Shown one piece after another: positions 1 to 10,490 of a stretch of DNA of 64,000 nucleotides. Positions within the stretch are counted from its first letter, which is position 1, and the number at the start of each line of letters is the position of its first letter. The notes under the pieces are model-generated. The model was not told the origin of the DNA. It worked only from the letters and a program-made list of their open reading frames with translations, and made no database searches. The position numbers and the translations under genes were made by a program. The DNA comes from Vicugna vicugna (Eukaryota): assembly GCA_013265495.1 (NCBI GenBank), contig MU058009.1, positions 436,001-500,000 of the forward strand. Reading direction: 5' to 3'.

Positions 1-68
1 GTTCCAGAGAAAGAGAAAGAGGAGTTGGATGTTCGGGACTACACTGTCCATCCCAGGCAATACAACAG
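1..68 (+). other. Possible 3' end of an exon (truncated by window edge), coding status unknown
   Basis: Purine-rich segment open in all three forward frames (frame 1 VPEKEKEELDVRDYTVHPRQYN). It ends at CAG|GTACAG (GT at 69-70). Peptide not recognised. Confidence 0.2.
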
Positions 69-107
69 GTACAGAACCCATTGGCCTGCATCGCTCTGAA
101 CATTGTG

Positions 108-290
108 GATTCAGCTAACATTTACTGAGTACCTACTGTTTGCAGTGCATTGCGCTAGGTGCTTTCATATTCATGATTTCTTCTGATCCTTTGAAAAGAA
201 AGTATTACGCTTCAGCTAAGGTATAAACCAAAGCCTGGAGGACATGAGGAGTCAACTGAAAGTCCCTCATCTAACCTCAGGGCATTTGCT
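108..290 (-). mobile_element. MIR SINE fragment
   Basis: agctaacatttactgagtacctactgt...gcgctaggtgctttcatat resembles the reverse complement of the MIR 3' end. Confidence 0.65.
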
Positions 291-1249
291 GGTCATTACA
301 GGCGCATCTAACTTGAGCTTTATGCCTCCACTTCTCTGATGCTGGGCAGACAGAATGGCCTCTGCAGGAACACAGGCTTTCTTAGACATCTGTGTCCTGG
401 GAGGATCGTGGGGCACTTTGAATCCAGGTCAGAACGGACCCCAAATGAGCTCATGTTTCTAAAGTGCTTTGAGCTTCTCCGAGAACAGAAGCTATTTAAC
501 TCCAGATCCTGGTTGGTCTCGTTGGTGGGTTCGTGCAACGAGGAACATGCTTTGTCACTGCTAGCACCGGGCTGGTGCCTTGGATAAACAGGGGGAATTC
601 AGTCTCCGGGGTTCTCCCTGTCTGCTGTTCTTTCAGCCACAATAAATTAATTTTTGAAAAAATGGAACTCAACAGAAGAAGAGACAGGAGGGAAAAAAAA
701 AAACTGATCTGACAAGCCTGAAAGAGAAAACAAAATTTCTGCTGCCCACTGTCCCCAGCTGAAGCACGGAGGCGGATGCTGACAGCTGAATCCAGAACAG
801 TGGTCCAGGCACTGGTGCCCAGCAGCCTCCAGGATGGCAGGGGAAGGGGCAGGGGCCGGGTGGAGAGCCAGGCTGTCTGGCTAGAGCTACCTGTAGATAT
901 TCTGGATTCGTCAGCATCTCTTAAAATGGGATCGACTTGATGCTGATTAAAGCTGAAAAACCCCACGAGCCCAGCATGCTGAGTGTCTGACTCTAGGGCC
1001 TCTGAACAAATTGTTTTCCCTTTTCCTGCTGATCCCTGTGAACCCTCCGGATCAGCATGGTTTGCCCGTGGGGACACGGCTGGAAACGGAGCCAGGTTTT
1101 CTCTTGGCACCTCACTGTCTGAGCCACCCCAGGCATCCCAGTAGGCCCCGAGTCCCAGCAGGAGGGAGACAAAAAGCATTCTCCTCCTACAAGCTGATGT
1201 TTGCATATGCAGATGAACTGAAGCGCCTACAGCCTTGAATCAGATTCAA

Positions 1250-1475
1250 AGAACATATATGGAAGATCCGTCTGTGCCAGGCGCCTTCACATAAATGGTC
1301 TCATTTCCTACTCATGTCACCCCGCGAGGCAGGCATTAAATTACCTAAGATTTGCTATGAGGACACTTAGGTTCAGAGAGGGTAATACCTTACCCAAAGC
1401 CACACAGCCAGCCATGGGCAGTATCCACACATAAATATGGGCCTCCTGACTCTTATTCCAGCATAATTTCCACCA
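1250..1475 (-). mobile_element. MIR SINE
   Basis: tgtgccaggc...atgaggacacttaggttcagagagggtaataccttacccaaagccacacagcc is the reverse MIR core. Confidence 0.75.
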
Positions 1476-1577
1476 TCCAGTAGCTACATACACTGTGGCT
1501 CTAGGTAGAGCAACAACAATGGGGTCATTGGATGTGAAACACCCTGAAAATCATGCTTAGAAACTGAACACTAGACT

Positions 1578-1815
1578 CAGGAAAGGAATTCTTACACTTC
1601 GGCAGTCTGGTGACTCAGTGGACCTCTTTTCAGAATAATGTTTTCAAAAGATAAAACAAAACAGATAGCATTGCAAAAGAAAGCAATTGCACTGAAATAC
1701 AGTTACAAAAATATAAAAAAACCCACATTTGTGGGATAGTTACAGCACAAGCTTCAGTATCAATGCAAAGAATAAGGAGATGTAGTGAAAATCCAAGAAC
1801 GACTGTCATTTCAGG
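1578..1815 (+). mobile_element. hAT-Charlie DNA transposon fragment (Charlie4/MER80-like)
   Basis: ggcagtctggtga...tggacctcttttcagaataatgtttt...tgaaatacagttacaaaaatat matches the recalled Charlie4-type 5' end. Confidence 0.65.
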
Positions 1816-1989
1816 TGTTTTGAGTGCTGTTCCCTCCCCTGGGCCCAGTTAACCGCCAGCCAGCCTTTGGGTCCCCCTTCTTCAGAGCAGTCTGCCCTGA
1901 AGAGTCACCCACCCAGGCCGTTCATCTATAGCTCTGAGCCCTCAGCTCAGTTCTCCTCCTTCCAGGACTGACCACCATGGCAAGCGGAC

Positions 1990-2162
1990 GTCTATTCATG
2001 TCGCCCTTGAGTTAGCACCAGTTTCTCTGGCTAGATGGCGAGTGCCACGTGTGTGATCTGCCCGGTGTGATCCCCTTTGTATCCCGACCCCTAACCTGTG
2101 TGCCCGGCACGAGGTAGGTGCTCTGTAACTATGAGCAGAAAGAATGAATGGAGGATGATGAA
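1990..2162 (+). mobile_element. L2 LINE 3' end
   Basis: tgtatccc...gtgcccggcacgaggtaggtgctc...gaatgaatg is the L2 terminal motif. Confidence 0.7.
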
Positions 2163-2590
2163 TCACTAGTCCTGGAGAGATCACCTGCCTCCTGGAGATG
2201 ATACTGACTGACTTGGCCCCGCCCCTCATGTTACCACGTAACCAATCACTAGACAGATCCTTTCACGGCTGTTTATCAAGCGGGTCCCTTTTTCTCCCTG
2301 GCCTCCGGATCATCATTCTCTCTGAATCTCCTCCAATTTTTTCAGACACTATTTCTGCTTTGAACTTCCAGGACTTGGATGTTCTGGGAAATGTTTGTTT
2401 GAGGTGTTGAGAGACATCGCTCAGCACAGACACTGGCTCTCCTCCAAAGCCCGTGCTCTGGTCTGCAGAGAGGTGGGTGCCTCTGGGGCTCCAACCAGCT
2501 GCCAAGAGTTCTACTCGCCCCTAAGAACGTAGCCGTGGGATGGGAAGGGAACAAATGGATATCCATCCTGATGCCTAAAGAGCTTCCCCC

Positions 2591-2933
2591 ACAATTTATA
2601 TGTGGAATCTAAAATATGATACAAATGATCTTATTTGCAAAATAGAAACAGACTCCAGACATAGAAAACAACCTTATGGTTACCAAAGGGGATGGGGGAG
2701 GCATAAATTAGGAGTTTGGGATTAGCAGATAGAAAGTACTATATACAAAATAGATAAACAACACGGTCCTACTGTATAGCACAGGGAACTATATTCAATA
2801 GCTTGTAATAACTTATAATGAAAAAGAATATGAAAAAGGAATATATATATATATGTATAAGTGAATCCCTATGCTGTACACCAGAGACTAATACAACATT
2901 GTAAATAAACTATACTTTAATAAAATAATGAAA
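2591..2933 (+). mobile_element. 5'-truncated L1 3' UTR, cetartiodactyl type
   Basis: tatatgtggaatctaaaa...gacatagaaaacaaccttatggttaccaaagggg...ggtcctactgtatagcacagggaactatattcaata...tgctgtacaccagagactaatacaacattgtaaataaactatac, followed by AATAAA and a short A-rich tail. Confidence 0.92.
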
Positions 2934-3220
2934 TGGTTAATGAGAACTACTAGGTGCCAGGGACCAAGTCTGGGGGCTGTGGTGGGGTCAAGATGGGAGG
3001 AAGAGGTAAAAATGGATACTCTTTAAGAACTTGAAGTATACACAGGAAAATAAGAAATGCAAAGTACGTCTTTATCATAAAAGGCAAAATACCATTAAAT
3101 GCTAAATGAGCGGAAAGTCAGGTGACTATAGTGGAAACCCGGAGGGAGGGTTCCAAAGGCTGAAGTTGCCCAAAAGGCTGTTGGGAAGAAGTGAGTTTTA
3201 ATCCGAGCCTTGAAAGATGT
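2934..3220 (-). mobile_element. L2 fragment
   Basis: ttaatgagaactactaggtgccaggg... resembles the reverse L2 3' region. Confidence 0.55.
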
Positions 3221-4288
3221 GCATGGTCTTTCCACAGTTCATTTCCCTGAACACGCAGACATTTCTGCTTCTTTTATTTCTTTCTTCTTCCAGATTAAAC
3301 CTCTCAAGATACAAAGGGAAAGCCAACAATGTGGCTGTGAGGACCATGTTATGGTCTTAAGCCCCTGGTTACCTTGCAAAAGGAAAGAAAAATGCACCCT
3401 GTGACTGGTGGCAATCAAGTCGCTGGTTTGCTTGCAAGTCATTCATGAACTAATGACCATTGCTAATCACTCCTGGGCGATATTTATCATAGGTACGTTT
3501 TACAAGATGAATTCTGTCATCCATGCTGGCAGCTGTTCACCACGTCCCACCAGCAGCTGCAAATATTCATTAATAACATTTTGTTTGGGTTCCCACTTGC
3601 CACTGTCCGTCCTCCTGCTTCATAAGTAGGAGCTGCATCATTACCAAGTGGTGCCCACAGAACTGAACACAAAGGCAACTTGGAAATTTTAAATGAAAAC
3701 AGATGTTGAGAAATGCCATTATCCTTGCATGCTACAATCAATAGCATTAACATTTCTAAGTGATGGCCCTCTGAATTGGACTGCAAGGAGCTTCCATTTA
3801 CAATTAAATGAGGGACTTATCCTTTCGCAGCCCTGGATTCTACAGGTGGCTTGGTGACAGTCATCTTTTAGTGCTTCGATTTCAGTGAGGCTGTTAAGAG
3901 CCAGCTAAGCAGGGATTGGACAGGCAGGCATTTAGAGAAAGGCGTTGGTGCCAGATGCATTCACTGTCTAACTGCCTGGATGCAAAACGAGTTTCGCATA
4001 GCATCTGAAGTGTGAAAGCTCTTGAAGTGATTTCTTCCTAACAGTGCGCCTCCCCGTGCTGGGCCAAGGGGTGGCTTTATTGTTTATGTCACCGATGACT
4101 GCAGCCTGGGGCTTCCATACTTTTTGCCACCCTGGTCCTTCATTAGAGCAATTAGAAGAAAGATCACATCATAATTACGGGAATGTTGCTTTGTGGCTGA
4201 AGAGTATGTCCACGTATGTCTTCATATACATGAATAATACCACCCTGGGTATTATCATCACCCAGACTTTACAGACACTAAACCTCAG

Positions 4289-4508
4289 CTCAGGGATTAG
4301 GAGCATGGATCATGGATCATACAAAGTTGGGGTTGAATCCTGGCACGGCCACTTCCTAGCTCTCTGGTCTTAAGCACACTGTTTATTCTGCACGGGCCTC
4401 ACTGCCTGCATCTGTAAAACAGGGACATTGATACTTACTTTAAGGTTATTGAGTAAGTATCAAATACCTGGCATAATACTTCTGACAGCTCCTGGCTTAA
4501 GCTCAATT
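4289..4508 (+). mobile_element. MIR SINE
   Basis: gggttgaatcctggc...gccacttcctagct...gcctcactgcctgcatctgtaaaacaggga is the MIR core. Confidence 0.8.
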
Positions 4509-4694
4509 TTGAGGTTGCACTGATGCCGTCTAGTCGCCAGTGCAAGATCACTGTCACCGAGATGATGTTCTAGGGGGACGGTGACGGCTAGAGAATTGCT
4601 GGGCTCAGTAAGTCAAGTCACAGCACAGCTTTCTTGGAGGATGTGCGCATTATTTGTTCAATCAATCTCTCTTTCTTTCTCTCTTCCCATGCTT

Positions 4695-4742
4695 CATCCA
4701 TCCATCTGTCCATCCATCCATCCATCCATCCATCCATCCATC
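4695..4742. repeat. (CATC)n microsatellite
   Basis: About 12 units with one interruption, read directly. Confidence 0.95.
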
Positions 4743-4953
4743 TCATCCTCTTCTACTCTAAATAGCAACCTAGGTCATCAGGTGACCTATGCATAGCCCA
4801 AACGCATTCTTTTGAACTATTTTTTAAAAAATAGGTACATAATTTTGAAGGTCCCAAGGAATCTTAGAAGCAACAAATGCAACCCTCCTTCACTGGCTCA
4901 ATGATTGATGAATGTGTTCTTGAATAATTTTTACCCCAAATTTGTAAGGTTTG

Positions 4954-4980
4954 GTTTTGTTTTGTTTTGTTTTGTTTTTG
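4954..4980. repeat. (GTTTT)n microsatellite
   Basis: Read directly. Confidence 0.85.
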
Positions 4981-5199
4981 AAGGCTACTGAGCCTGGAAT
5001 CTTTCCTGAGGGGATCCTAATACCCTATTCAAGCAACAACCTCAAGTTGTAAGTTTAGAGAAATAATCCGAGGTGACAGTTAGACTCAAGTACGTGGTCA
5101 AGGAACTAAGAACAAGCTCATACTGTTGTTATTATATTTGTAAAACATTATTTAGCAGTTGCCTCCATGGCCTATAACTGGTTGACAAGCAGGCATTAA

Positions 5200-5250
5200 T
5201 CTCTCTCTCTCTCTACCTATCTGTCTATCTATCCATCTATCTATCTCTAT
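5200..5250. repeat. Compound (TC)n/(TATC)n microsatellite
   Basis: Read directly. Confidence 0.85.
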
Positions 5251-6786
5251 GGCTGTGTAAATAATATTCTCCTTAAATCTTTATCTACAATTGATTCTAT
5301 ACTATTTAAACCTTGGAAACTCTCAAAAATTAAGTGTTATTTCTCTGCCAAATATTTCCCCATTTTTTCTTTTAAAATAAGGAAGATGAGCATATGTCCC
5401 AGATTCTGCAGCCGGTGGGGGTCTGAAGGGAATGACAGGGTCAAGTCATTTCCGTGTCTGGTGGCAATGTTTAGCATCACCGTCGGTACGTACACGGTGT
5501 GAATAGATGTTTCTCCCTTGGCTCGGCGCAGCAGTAAATGAGAATGAACAGCATCCATTAATGTAAGGCTTAGGAGTCAATGTATGTTTGTTTTTAAAGT
5601 GAAGCTCGCACAATGATTATATGCTTGGGAGATAAATATGATGGAGAAAATAAATAAACGAGCTTGTGAAAATTTATAATTGCTCCAAAAGAAACCTGCT
5701 CCTGTAAGGAGACTCCCAGAAGAGGCTGCACAGAAAGGCAAGCCTCCTCCCTCTCCCAGTGGCTGAAATTATCCTAAGGAAAGCTTGAGGCAGGAGTGTA
5801 TTTCAGGACAGCAGATTCCCTGAACATTTGGAATACTCAGAGCAGGAGCTGTGTATTTTGTGAGGGTAGAGCCTGGTGGAGAATAAACTCGTGGGGCCAC
5901 AATATTTCTCTTCTTATGCTCCTGAAGGGTCTTCCTTCCTAAGGTCCCTGCTCTGAGAGGTGGCACTGAACTTGTGCTTTTTAATAAGCAGACTTGGGCT
6001 CTGAAAGGGTCCTTGTGGCCCAGGATGAAGCTACTGGGACACAGAAAACCTCTTCTTTTTCAGCCTGGACTCTTCCCTGCATGGACTCTTTCAGGACCTC
6101 ACAGTGCTTGTTTTTGTGTTTCCGTTTGGTACCCAGATGGCACGTTCCTTTGAACAGGGATTTGTTCAAGGAGACTCTATTGCAGTGCACAGAGCAAGCT
6201 CCGTTTGAATCATGTTAAAGGTCTGCACTGAAGCAATCCAAGGCAGAGAATCGCGTTTCAGGCTGCCACACCACCTTTACATCAGCGGACTGAGCCCACG
6301 GACGGCTGTCCACAGACTTCTCACTGCTGTTATCCTCATAACAGGATCATCCTAGTTCTCTTATCTAGTCTCCTCGATGCTCGGCTCCAACCATTTCAAA
6401 CAGAAATGATTTGCACGCGGCACCACCCATCCTCCTGCAAACAGTGCAAGGATGAAGCCAACTTGCTTCCACATGCAGCCCAGTCATTTCCCCTTTTCTT
6501 GGTTAAGAATTTTACTCCCGGGGTAACGAGCCCTTCAAAGCACAAAACAGGCACACCCGCATATCACAAACAGGCACACACGAGTGCAAACTCGAACCAT
6601 CTATGGCAAACGGGATTCACCTTCGGTCCCGAGACCAGCTGGCCCACATCAGGTCCACACGGCTGCCTCCCCGTTGACAGAAAAACTCATCTGATCACCT
6701 CTACTTGCACATGTGCTGTGTGAACTAATTTCTGTCTTGCTATCTGCTCAACAGTGGTTCCCACTTAACAAGAACCCTTTGGAAGA

Positions 6787-6813
6787 TCAGCACCATTCCG
6801 TTAGGACAGTGAT
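6787..6813 (+). promoter_or_regulatory. Non-canonical (wide-spaced) RE1/NRSE-like REST site
   Basis: TCAGCACC (6787-6794), 9-nt spacer, GGACAG (6804-6809). Confidence 0.35.
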
Positions 6814-8719
6814 GCCTGAGTCTCAAAAGTGTTTCCTTTGCCCCGACACATGCAAATTGGAATTCCTTTGTGAGTTTGCTGATGACACGTTGCTGCGTAT
6901 GAAGAATGAGCGCCCTCACACCTTTAGCCCCCCGAGCGTGGCGTGTCTCCAGACACATGAACGGGCTGCTGACACATGGAACTCTCTGCCGTGTTCAGCA
7001 GATGCTGATTTGAAATCGTCCACAGATCGCTCCCATCTCCCCCTGTTCCACTTGTCTCTTGGTGTGTTTTTACAGGGCTGATTAGGTCTCAGACTCTTGA
7101 AAATGATGTTCAGCCTACATCTGACTCCACATGTATGAGGAAGAATTAACACCCTGCCACTTCCTGAGGTTTTAGTCCCTTGAAAGTCTACCTTCTGTTT
7201 CAGCCTTCAGGGGCCACCATGTCTTTTTTTCTCAACTTCTTCTGCCCTGAGCATCTGCTCCCCCCACATGCGTCCACCTAAATGTACAACCATTTGAGAG
7301 AAAGTCTGTTTTCTAAGATTTTTTCCCCCCTACATTATAATTTTGTACCAGGGATAGCTGAAACACAACCATTAAATCTAGAGAGAGATACATAGAATTT
7401 CGAGTTGTGGTTTGAGGCTGGGTGGCCTATAATCCCAGCAGCCACGCTGCAGGGCCTATGACCCCATCACACGACCTCCTATTGCAGGCCAAGGCTGCCA
7501 GAGCTCACGTGACCTGGAGTTTGGGTGGGGACTGATTTGTCTCGAGAGTTTACCTTCCAGATGACTGTAGCCACCAGAACAAGTCTAAGTGAGGGTGAAA
7601 CTGCTCACTGGTACGTTAACACCTGCTCTGATCTGGGGCTAAGAGAAAAGCCTGAGTCATAGATACAATGTGGACACCCCTGTCCTTTCAGAAGCTCCAA
7701 GAAAATCCTCTATCAGAGTCTGGCTCTTGGCAAGAGAGAGAACAAACCGATGACACTGGAGACCATCTCAGCAGCGCTCTACTGAGAAAAAAGTTTGGGA
7801 ATTAGAACACTCAAGGGCACTCTGGACGCTAGACTGAATATTATTTTGAGATGCTCTTGGTTGGAAATTCTGCCATCTAAGAGTCTTGCTCTACCCCAAT
7901 TTGTAAGGAAGGGAATTCTCACAACCGGTGTCTCGGCAACCCCCAGCTCCCAGCCCTCCTCGCTACCGTGGACCGTGGCGGGCTGCGCGGCGTTGCACTG
8001 CCAACGGCGCTCTCACACGCACAGCTGGCAGAGTGGCCCCTCGTCCGCGCCACTGTTCCAGACACATTAGGAACACTCCACAGCTGGCACGTAGTTAGAA
8101 GCTCAGCGCAAGCAACTCATTGCTTTTTTTGCGAGCGTTCCGCCCACTGATCATGCTCAGGGTATAGCGGCTCCACCCACATGACAACAAACATACAACA
8201 ACAAACAGATACCGGGGGGAAAACCAGGTGCATCCAGTTGTGCAGTTTTCAGTGACTTCCCTGCCTCTTCTCTACGGTTCACATTTTGTTTGAAATTTTC
8301 TGTTTCTACCATAGTGCAGTTTTCCTAACCAAAGTCCAGAGATTGATTCTCAGTGGGCTGGATTCTCCTACAGACTTACCTTTAATAATGTCACCACATG
8401 GAGAAACAACACAAAGTAAGGAACAGCTGCTTTGGACTCTATACCTCCCAGGGTTTTGAAATAATTTTCTCCTATAAACATTACGCGGTCGACATGCCCA
8501 GGAAGGCGTATGGTACTTGCTCAGCCTTAGGAAGATTCTGTGACCATCAGTCGAAGCTAAGGAGAAAGTTAAAAAAAATTTTTTTTGATGTCTTGCACTT
8601 GGATATTAGGGAAGAATCATACCTAAAAAGGGAGATGTCAGCCAGAAAACAAAAGAAAAGCAGCTGGGAAGATCCAAACTCCGGACAAATCCAAAGATGG
8701 GTCTCTTTATCAAGTGGAA

Positions 8720-8947
8720 AAATTCAACCCAATGAAAATTTATTGAACACATATTATGTGCTTGATCCTATAGGTGCTGAGTATGGGAGGCAGGGTAAGT
8801 CCTCAGATGTGGTCTCCAGCCCCAAGGAGTTTACAGTACAATCAAAGTAAACAGAGACATGGAAAAGTGCTGTGGGGGCTCACAGGGAAAAGCAGATTCT
8901 GCACGGGGGTCGGGGGTGCACCTATGAGCTGGTACTGAGGCTGGTGT
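8720..8947 (-). mobile_element. L2 fragment (interrupted by the LTR; appears to resume at about 9517-9575)
   Basis: aatttattgaacacatattatgtgc...ggtgctgag...ccccaaggagtttacagt is reverse L2. Confidence 0.7.
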
Positions 8948-9516
8948 TGTAAAGAACTTAACTTTGCCCCTAAAGAGGTCTGGCCATTGTCAGTGTTTCT
9001 GCCAGTGTCTCCAGTGCCTTCACTTGCCCGGGGCTTTGCTTCACACCACACAGTCTAACCATGTGACTTAGGTTGGGGGCTTTGGGTTGTGTGGCATCAG
9101 TGGACCTGGAGACGGAGATCAACCCTGAGAGCAATCAATCGATCTATCAACCAATCATGCCTATGTAACGGAGCCCCAGTAAAAACTCTGAACGATGAGG
9201 CTCGGGTGAATTGGCCTGGTTGGCAACTCTCCCTGGATGCCAGGAAGATGACCATCCTGACTCCGCAAGAAGAGGGCATGCAAAGCTCTGTATTTGGTGC
9301 TTGCCCACATTCTGCCCCGAGGTCTTCCTCCCTCAGCTGATTTTCATCCTTTTCCTGCAGAAAACCTTAACTGTGACTAGAACAGCTTCGGGTGAGTTTG
9401 GTAAGTCACTCTAGAAAATGATCACACCTGAGGGTGGTTTGGGGGACCCTCCTGAACTTGCAGTCTATGTCAGAAGAGAGGTGGTCTCTTGTGGGGCTGT
9501 TCCCTCGAACTATACA
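8948..9516 (+). mobile_element. ERVL solo LTR, MER68/MER21-family-like
   Basis: Begins tgtaaagaacttaactttgccc...agaggtctggcc. Internal caaccaatcatgcctatgtaacggagccccagtaaaaactctg...gaggctcgggtga. Ends gggggaccctcctgaacttgcag...ctgttccctcgaactataca, giving TG...CA termini. Confidence 0.85.
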
Positions 9517-10129
9517 GAGGGTCTGACTCACACAAGGATGAAGGGGAATCTGGTAGGCAGGGAATAAAGGTGCCGCTGAATAACTCTGAAATCTGATACC
9601 TTTAAGATTCTTGCCTGGTATAAATCCTGCCTCTAACAAAGCCCCGTAAACAGCCTTTGCTCTCCTTACCAGGACTGTTAGGTGTATGATAAGAATCTGA
9701 GCCAAGCAGATATAAGGAAGATGAGCAGACTGCTTGAACCCAAACCAAACAGTCAGAAAGTCTTCACTGTACTGACAACCTGGTTAGAGACGCCTGTCTG
9801 GGATGCCGAGAGGATGGAGCTGTCCCCTTTCTTTTCTTTTTTTTTTAACCTTATGAAAGAACATGGGAGCAAGAAGGCCAGCTTCCTCTTTGTGTATATG
9901 GCTTGCATAGGAAAGAGAAAACGTTCAGATTTCTCCTTGACCTCCGTATTGCAGAATGGGTCAACAGACCTCCTGGTTATGTGCACGAGGTGGACACTTC
10001 CCAGAGGGATGAAGCATGCAAGGGTTTCGTGGTCAGATCTGACACAGGGTTGCTCATTCAAGAGGCTCTCCCTGAGCCTGGTGGTCATGGAGACCCCAGG
10101 TGCTCTCACAACACCCCGGGCATGGCTCT

Positions 10130-10280
10130 TCTAACACACAGTGCACTTAACTGCGTACTGCACCCCTAGCAGTAGGGTCCATGGGTCCTTGCTTTGATCC
10201 TCAGCACCTCGGACAGTGATGGGCCTGACATACAGAAGGCGTTGTCAGTTTTTTTTTTGTTTTGTTTTGGTGAAATGAAC
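10130..10280 (+). mobile_element. L2 3' end
   Basis: atcctcagcacctcggacagtgatgggcctgacatacagaaggcg resembles L2 ccccagcacctagcacagtgcctggcacatagtaggcg. Confidence 0.6.
10200..10220 (+). promoter_or_regulatory. Canonical RE1/NRSE (REST binding site)
   Basis: cTCAGCACCtcGGACAGtgat: both core half-sites are exact and the spacer is the canonical 2 nt. Confidence 0.65.
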
Positions 10281-10289
10281 AAAACAACA

Positions 10290-10490
10290 GCTTCAGAGTA
10301 ATGTGTACAGAAGAGAATAGAAATTTTGGATTAAAAAAAGACATTTGGTTCAAATCTAATCTCAGTGTTTCACCTGGGATGAGTGACATTTTTGCTTAAA
10401 ACTCAGTTTCTTCAACTGTGAAATGGGTTGAATCTAATCAGCTTCATGAGACTGAGGGAGACGGCATATGTGAAAACACGTGCTCAGTGT
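10290..10490 (+). mobile_element. MIR SINE
   Basis: tttggttcaaatct...ctcagtttcttcaactgtgaaatggg...atatgtgaaaacac. Confidence 0.7.

Noticed and set aside
496..1206. 236-aa minus-strand ORF with a signal-peptide-like start
   Set aside because: No recognisable domain, and it runs through a poly-T tract and a G-run. A chance ORF is more likely.
4771..4789. TAGGTCA-N5-TGACCTA inverted repeat
   Set aside because: A 5-nt spacer is not a standard ERE or other common response element, and there is no other support
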